From an uncultured Gaiellaceae bacterium (GTDB lineage: Bacteria > Actinomycetota > Thermoleophilia > Gaiellales > Gaiellaceae): a stretch of DNA of 64,000 nt. Below are positions 60,221 to 64,000 of this stretch, piece after piece; the first letter of the stretch is position 1; the number at the start of each line of letters is the position of its first letter. The position numbers and the translations under genes are program-made. The notes under the pieces were generated by a model. It worked only from the letters and a program-made list of their open reading frames with translations. It had not been told where the DNA came from and did not search any database. The stretch is from contig CAVYSL010000011.1 in NCBI GenBank assembly GCA_963771185.1, positions 15,303 to 79,302 on the forward strand. The letters are read 5' to 3'.

Positions 60221-60230
60221 TGTCAAGCGG

Positions 60231-61343
60231 TTACAGCACCCCGGGCAGGAACGTCCCGTTGCGGTAGACGAGCTCGCCGTCTGCGTAGACCTCGCTGCCC
60301 GTGCGGAGGTCGCAGATGATGTCCCAGTGCAGGGCGGAGCGGTTGAGCCCCCCGGTCTCGGGATACGACGTCCCGAGCGCGAGGTGGACGGTGCCGCCGA
60401 TCTTCTCGTCGAAGAGGATGTTGCGCGTGAAGCGGTCGATGCCGTCGTTGAGCCCGAACGCGAACTCACCCAGACGCCGTGCGCCTGCGTCCATCCCGAT
60501 CATCTCGCGCAGGAACTCGAGCCCGTGCGAGGCGGAGCTGCCGACCACCTCCCCGCCCTCGAAACGGAGCTCGACGTCGTTCACCTCGCGGCCCTGGAAG
60601 ACCGCCGGATACGTGAAGCGGATCGTCCCGTCGACCTTCGTCTCGATCGGCGCCGTGAAGACCTCACCGTCCGGGAAGTTCTCCTTGCCCACCGACGGCT
60701 CCCAGGTCCGCCCGTCGACGCTCAGCGTCAGGTCGGTGCCCTCGGCGACGATCCGCAGCTCGCGAACGCCTTCGAGGAACGCCTTCGCCGCGAACGCGTG
60801 CTTCGCGAAGCCCTGCCAGGACGCGACCGGGTCGGGCTCGAACAGCCGGCCGGCTCCGTAGACGAAGTGCTCGTACTCGGCGAGCGACATCTCCGCGTCC
60901 TGCGCCCCCGCCTCGGTCGGAAACGCGGTCAGCACCCACTTCAGCTCGCCGGCGGCGGCGCGCTCGAGATAGCGGTTGCGCGAGGCCTCGCGGGCGCGGC
61001 TGCGGCGCGCCTGACGGGCGGGCGGGACGTTCGAGAGGCCCTTCGTGTTCGTGTCGGCGTCGACGATGATCCTGACGTCCGCCGTCTCGTTGATCGCGAG
61101 AAACGCGGGATCGACCCAGTCGAGCTGGGCGTCCGAGGCCTCGGCGAAGAGGATCTCGACCTCGCGCGGCAGCTTCAGCTTCGGCAGCGGGTTCCCGCCG
61201 GCACGCAGCACTTCGCGGTAGATCTCGACGATCAGCGGCGTCGCGACGAGCGGGCCCTCGATCGTGACGAGCTCGCCCGGCTGGACGTTCGCCGAGTAGC
61301 CGACGAGCACCGAGGCGAGCCGCTCGATGCACGAGTCAGCCAT
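60231..61343 (-). CDS. M29-family (AmpS/PepS-like) aminopeptidase
   Basis: 370-aa intact ORF ...FTYPAVFQGREV...ILFDEKIGGTVHLALGTSYPETGG.NRSALHWDIICDLR... is typical of thermophilic metalloaminopeptidases. Confidence 0.88.
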   Translation of the reverse strand: MADSCIERLASVLVGYSANVQPGELVTIEGPLVATPLIVEIYREVLRAGGNPLPKLKLPREVEILFAEASDAQLDWVDPAFLAINETADVRIIVDADTNTKGLSNVPPARQARRSRAREASRNRYLERAAAGELKWVLTAFPTEAGAQDAEMSLAEYEHFVYGAGRLFEPDPVASWQGFAKHAFAAKAFLEGVRELRIVAEGTDLTLSVDGRTWEPSVGKENFPDGEVFTAPIETKVDGTIRFTYPAVFQGREVNDVELRFEGGEVVGSSASHGLEFLREMIGMDAGARRLGEFAFGLNDGIDRFTRNILFDEKIGGTVHLALGTSYPETGGLNRSALHWDIICDLRTGSEVYADGELVYRNGTFLPGVL

Positions 61344-62454
61344 CGGTGGCCTCCAGGAACCGCCCCTGCTTCCAGATCAGCTCGCCGTCCGCGTAGACCT
61401 CGCCGTCGGCGCGCAGGTCACAGATCAGGTCCCAGTGCAGCTTCGACTCGTTCCGGCCGCCGAGCTCCGAGAAGCTCGAGCCGAGCGCGACATGGATCGT
61501 CCCGCCGATCTTCTCGTCGAAGAGGATGTTGCGCGTGAAGCGGTCGATCTCGTAGTTGAGCCCGAACGCCAGCTCGCCGAGCACGGCCGCGCCCGCGTCC
61601 ATCTCGAGCAGGGAGCGGAGGAAGTCGACGCCGCGGGAGGCCTCGGACGCGACCACGCGCCCGCCTTCGAAGCGGAGGCGCACGTCGGCGACCTCGCGGC
61701 CCTCGAAGACCCCGGGGAAGCCGAAGCGGATCTCGCCCCGAGTCTCGGACTCGATAGGGCTGGTGAACACCTCGCCGTCCGGCATGTTCGAGTGGCCGTC
61801 GGCCTTCTGCCACGTCCGGCCGGCGACGCCGAGCGTCAGATCGGTGTCCGGGCCGACGATCCGCAGCTCGCGGACCTGCTCGAGCCGCTCTGCGTGACGG
61901 CGTAGCTCGGCCGAGACTCCGAGCCAGTGCTCGACCGGGTCGTCCTCGCCCGTCACGTGACAGGCGGCGTAGACGAAGTCCTCGTACTCCTCGATCGACA
62001 TCTCGGCGTCCTGCGCGTACGCCTCGACCGGTTGGAGCGTGCCGCACCAGCGCAGATCGCCGGCGGCGATCCGCTCCCAGCCGCGCTGCGAGAGCTCACG
62101 CCTGGCGGAGAGATAGCGGCCGTACCGCTCGGAGTCGGCGTTGGTGAACGAGCGTGTGTTTCGCTCCGCCCATACCGTCGCGACCGCGTCCAGCTGCTCG
62201 AGCTCGTCCCATTCGAGCTGCGACACGTACGCGATCTGCTCGTCGCTGCCCTCGGCGACCTTGAGCTCCGACAGCCGGTCGATGCCGACCTGGAGATAGG
62301 GATTGGCGCCGAGGCGGAGCGCTGCCCGGTAGAGCGCGTAGAGGAGCGGCTCGGCGATGTCGCCTCCCTCGATCCGGACGACCTCACCCGGCTGGAGGTC
62401 GAGTGAGTAGCCGGCGATCAGCTCGCCGAGGCGGTCGAGGCGAGGGTCCCTCAC
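61336..62454 (-). CDS. M29-family aminopeptidase (tandem paralog)
   Basis: Collinear with 60231-61343 (ILFDEKIGGTIHVALGSSFSELGGRNESKLHWDLICDLR). GTG at 62454 (VRDPRLDRLGEL) aligns with the paralog N-terminus better than the ORF-track start at 62490. Confidence 0.85.
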   Translation of the reverse strand: MRDPRLDRLGELIAGYSLDLQPGEVVRIEGGDIAEPLLYALYRAALRLGANPYLQVGIDRLSELKVAEGSDEQIAYVSQLEWDELEQLDAVATVWAERNTRSFTNADSERYGRYLSARRELSQRGWERIAAGDLRWCGTLQPVEAYAQDAEMSIEEYEDFVYAACHVTGEDDPVEHWLGVSAELRRHAERLEQVRELRIVGPDTDLTLGVAGRTWQKADGHSNMPDGEVFTSPIESETRGEIRFGFPGVFEGREVADVRLRFEGGRVVASEASRGVDFLRSLLEMDAGAAVLGELAFGLNYEIDRFTRNILFDEKIGGTIHVALGSSFSELGGRNESKLHWDLICDLRADGEVYADGELIWKQGRFLEATDG

Positions 62455-62517
62455 GCGTGGTTGGTTGTAGCAGAGGCCGGGAGCCCGCACCGGCGGGCCC
62501 CCGGAGCGTGTCGCCTC

Positions 62518-62664
62518 CTACTTCTTGCCTTTCTTGGACTTCTTGCCCTTCTTGCCGGGCTTGCTCTCCTTGGCCTTCTTGGCCTTCGCCTTCTCCGCGA
62601 CCTTCGCGGCCGGGCCGGCCAGGAACGCCTTGCTCAGGTACGTCGACGGCGGTTCCTCGTTCAT
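62518..62664 (-). CDS. small lysine-rich basic protein (48 aa), hypothetical
   Basis: MNEEPPSTYLSKAFLAGPAAKVAEKAKAKKAKESKPGKKGKKSKKGKK. AAG-rich coding in a GC-rich genome argues for a real, selected ORF. Confidence 0.45.
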   Translation of the reverse strand: MNEEPPSTYLSKAFLAGPAAKVAEKAKAKKAKESKPGKKGKKSKKGKK

Positions 62665-62684
62665 GGCCGCCTCGAGCGTCAGCG

Positions 62685-64000
62685 CTAGACGTAACAACCC
62701 CACGCAAGCGCCTTTTCGGGAGCTGCAGCAGCGGCGTGTAGCCCGCCTTGACCTCGAAGTCGCCGTCCAGGACCAGCACGCGGTCGCCTGCGTCCCTTGC
62801 CGGCCTGCATCGCTTGGCCTTGCTCTTCACCTTGAAGAGGGCCAGCTGCGCATGCGCGTCCTCGGCTGCGGTCGCGTTCGCGTTCCACGCCTTCTGCTTG
62901 ACCGGCTTCGGCGAGGAGTCGTTGAACTTCGCGCCCGCGCCGACGACGCCCTTCGCCGGCGACCATCACCCGCCGCCCCTGCAGCCCGCCGCGACGCCGT
63001 CGCGGAACGTGTTCAGCGATGCCCGCGGGGTGCCGTCCTTGCGAACGAGCCCGGCCTGGAAGCCGGCGAGGTCGCCCGCGTCGACGAAGCCGAACAGGTT
63101 CACGGCGGAGATGGCCGGATCGCACGCGACGAGCCGCGGAATCTGGCCGTAGATCTCGGCCTGGTTCGCCTCGATCGTGACCGGGACGTTCTCGGAGCCG
63201 GAATACGAGGCGTGCCCGCTCGTGTCGACCTGCCAGCCGAGCTCGTCGTAGAAGAGCTTCAGGCCCGAGCCGACCGTCGGGTGGCTCGTGCCGCCGAACG
63301 CGTCGTGGATCGCCTGCTTGAGCCGGTCGGCATTGACGAGGCCGATGCTCGGCCAGGCGTAGCCGTTCGAGAGCGATCGGTGTTGGCGTTCGGGTACGGG
63401 TGGAAGCTGAGCGCGTCCATCACCGGCATCGTCCGGCCGCTCGCGCGGTACCAGCTGCCGAGCGCCTGCAGGAAGCGGACGGGCGAGTCGAGATGTTGCT
63501 CGGTGCGTCCGGCCGGTCGTTGCCGCGCGGCGAGAGCCCGACTCCGGCGATCTGATTCGGCCGTCGACGGCCTTGAGCGCGTCGTAGGCTGCGGCGAGCA
63601 CCGGCCCGAACGCCGCGGCCGACGCCTGCCGGCCGCTCGCGTCGAACTGCGGGCGCCAGAAGCGGGGCTGGTTCGGCTCGTTGCCGACGATGAACGTCCT
63701 GACGGACGGGTACGTGCGCGCAACCTGGCCCGCCCAGGCGGCGAACGCCTCGGCGTTGCCCCGTCACCCGTGAAGGTCGTCGGCTTGGCGCCGGATAGCG
63801 CGAAGACGAGCTTGATCCCCGCGGCTGCGCAACCGGGACGGCGCCGTCGAGGAAGCGCCTGGTCGGGCACGGTCATCGGCGCCGCCGGATCCCAGTGCAG
63901 CGTCATCACGGTCTGGCGAAGGCCGGCCGCGGCCATCTGGCCGAAGAAGGCACACGCGTCGGCGGAGAGGACTTGCCGGTGTCGTCGTTCGCGCCGAAGT
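62685..64000 (-). pseudogene. clan GH-A-like glycoside hydrolase, multiply frameshifted; continues beyond the window
   Basis: Pieces in several frames: ...VARTYPSVRTFIVGNEPNQPRFW (NEP acid/base motif), ...VLAAAYDALKAVD, ...LSNGYAWPSIGLVNADRLKQAIHDAFGG...LFYDELGWQVDT...NLFGFVDAGDLAGFQAGLVRKDGTPR, and C-terminal ...GAKFNDSSPKPVKQKAWNANATAAED... Confidence 0.55.

Overview
Very GC-rich (about 70% by eye) bacterial chromosome segment. Gene content and order look like the conserved core of a high-GC Gram-positive (Actinomycetota-like) genome. Almost all genes are on the minus strand. The conserved blocks are a BMP-type nucleoside ABC uptake system, ftsK, nucleoside hydrolase plus ribokinase, rnj, dapA, dapB, an M16 peptidase, pnp-rpsO, ribF-truB-nrnA-rbfA, infB-ylxR-nusA-rimP, coaBC-rpoZ-gmk-mihF, and a pyrimidine operon (pyrR-pyrB-pyrC-carA-carB-pyrK-pyrD). 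Several small blocks that look accessory interrupt this order: (1) an Hcp-like tube-protein gene plus a SAM methyltransferase on the plus strand between the M16 peptidase and pnp; (2) a GGT-family gene, a zinc-ribbon ORF and an ABC-2 exporter; (3) a CHASE3-GAF-GGDEF cyclase inserted antisense in the infB-rbfA block; (4) EamA-GNAT-dtd; (5) an orphan MshEN-type GspE/PilB ATPase convergent with a 1036-aa repeat-rich surface protein; (6) MoxR-DUF58-transglutaminase with a nucleotidyltransferase and a TPR gene. I found no rRNA, tRNA, CRISPR array, transposase or integrase. The observations I rate highest are: (a) a nested direct repeat of the carA-3'/carB-5' segment, giving three carA ends and two carB starts with diverged, degenerate copies; (b) a high, uneven density of reading-frame breaks from about 50.3 kb to the window end (pyrR, pyrB, pyrC, carA, a GT-C membrane protein, rnz, a glycoside hydrolase), while neighbouring genes stay intact; (c) the lone Hcp-like gene, which has ACG where its start codon should be; (d) a family of AT-rich palindromes sharing ACTTTGTGT, found twice upstream of rbsK and inside the ftsK and coaBC linker regions; (e) a perfect 16-bp inverted repeat carrying a bridging micro-ORF between ABC genes; (f) two perfect LexA (Cheo) boxes on a YneA/ChiZ-like LysM gene. 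All protein identities come from motif recognition by eye. No searches were run. Start codons and the coordinates of disrupted genes are approximate.
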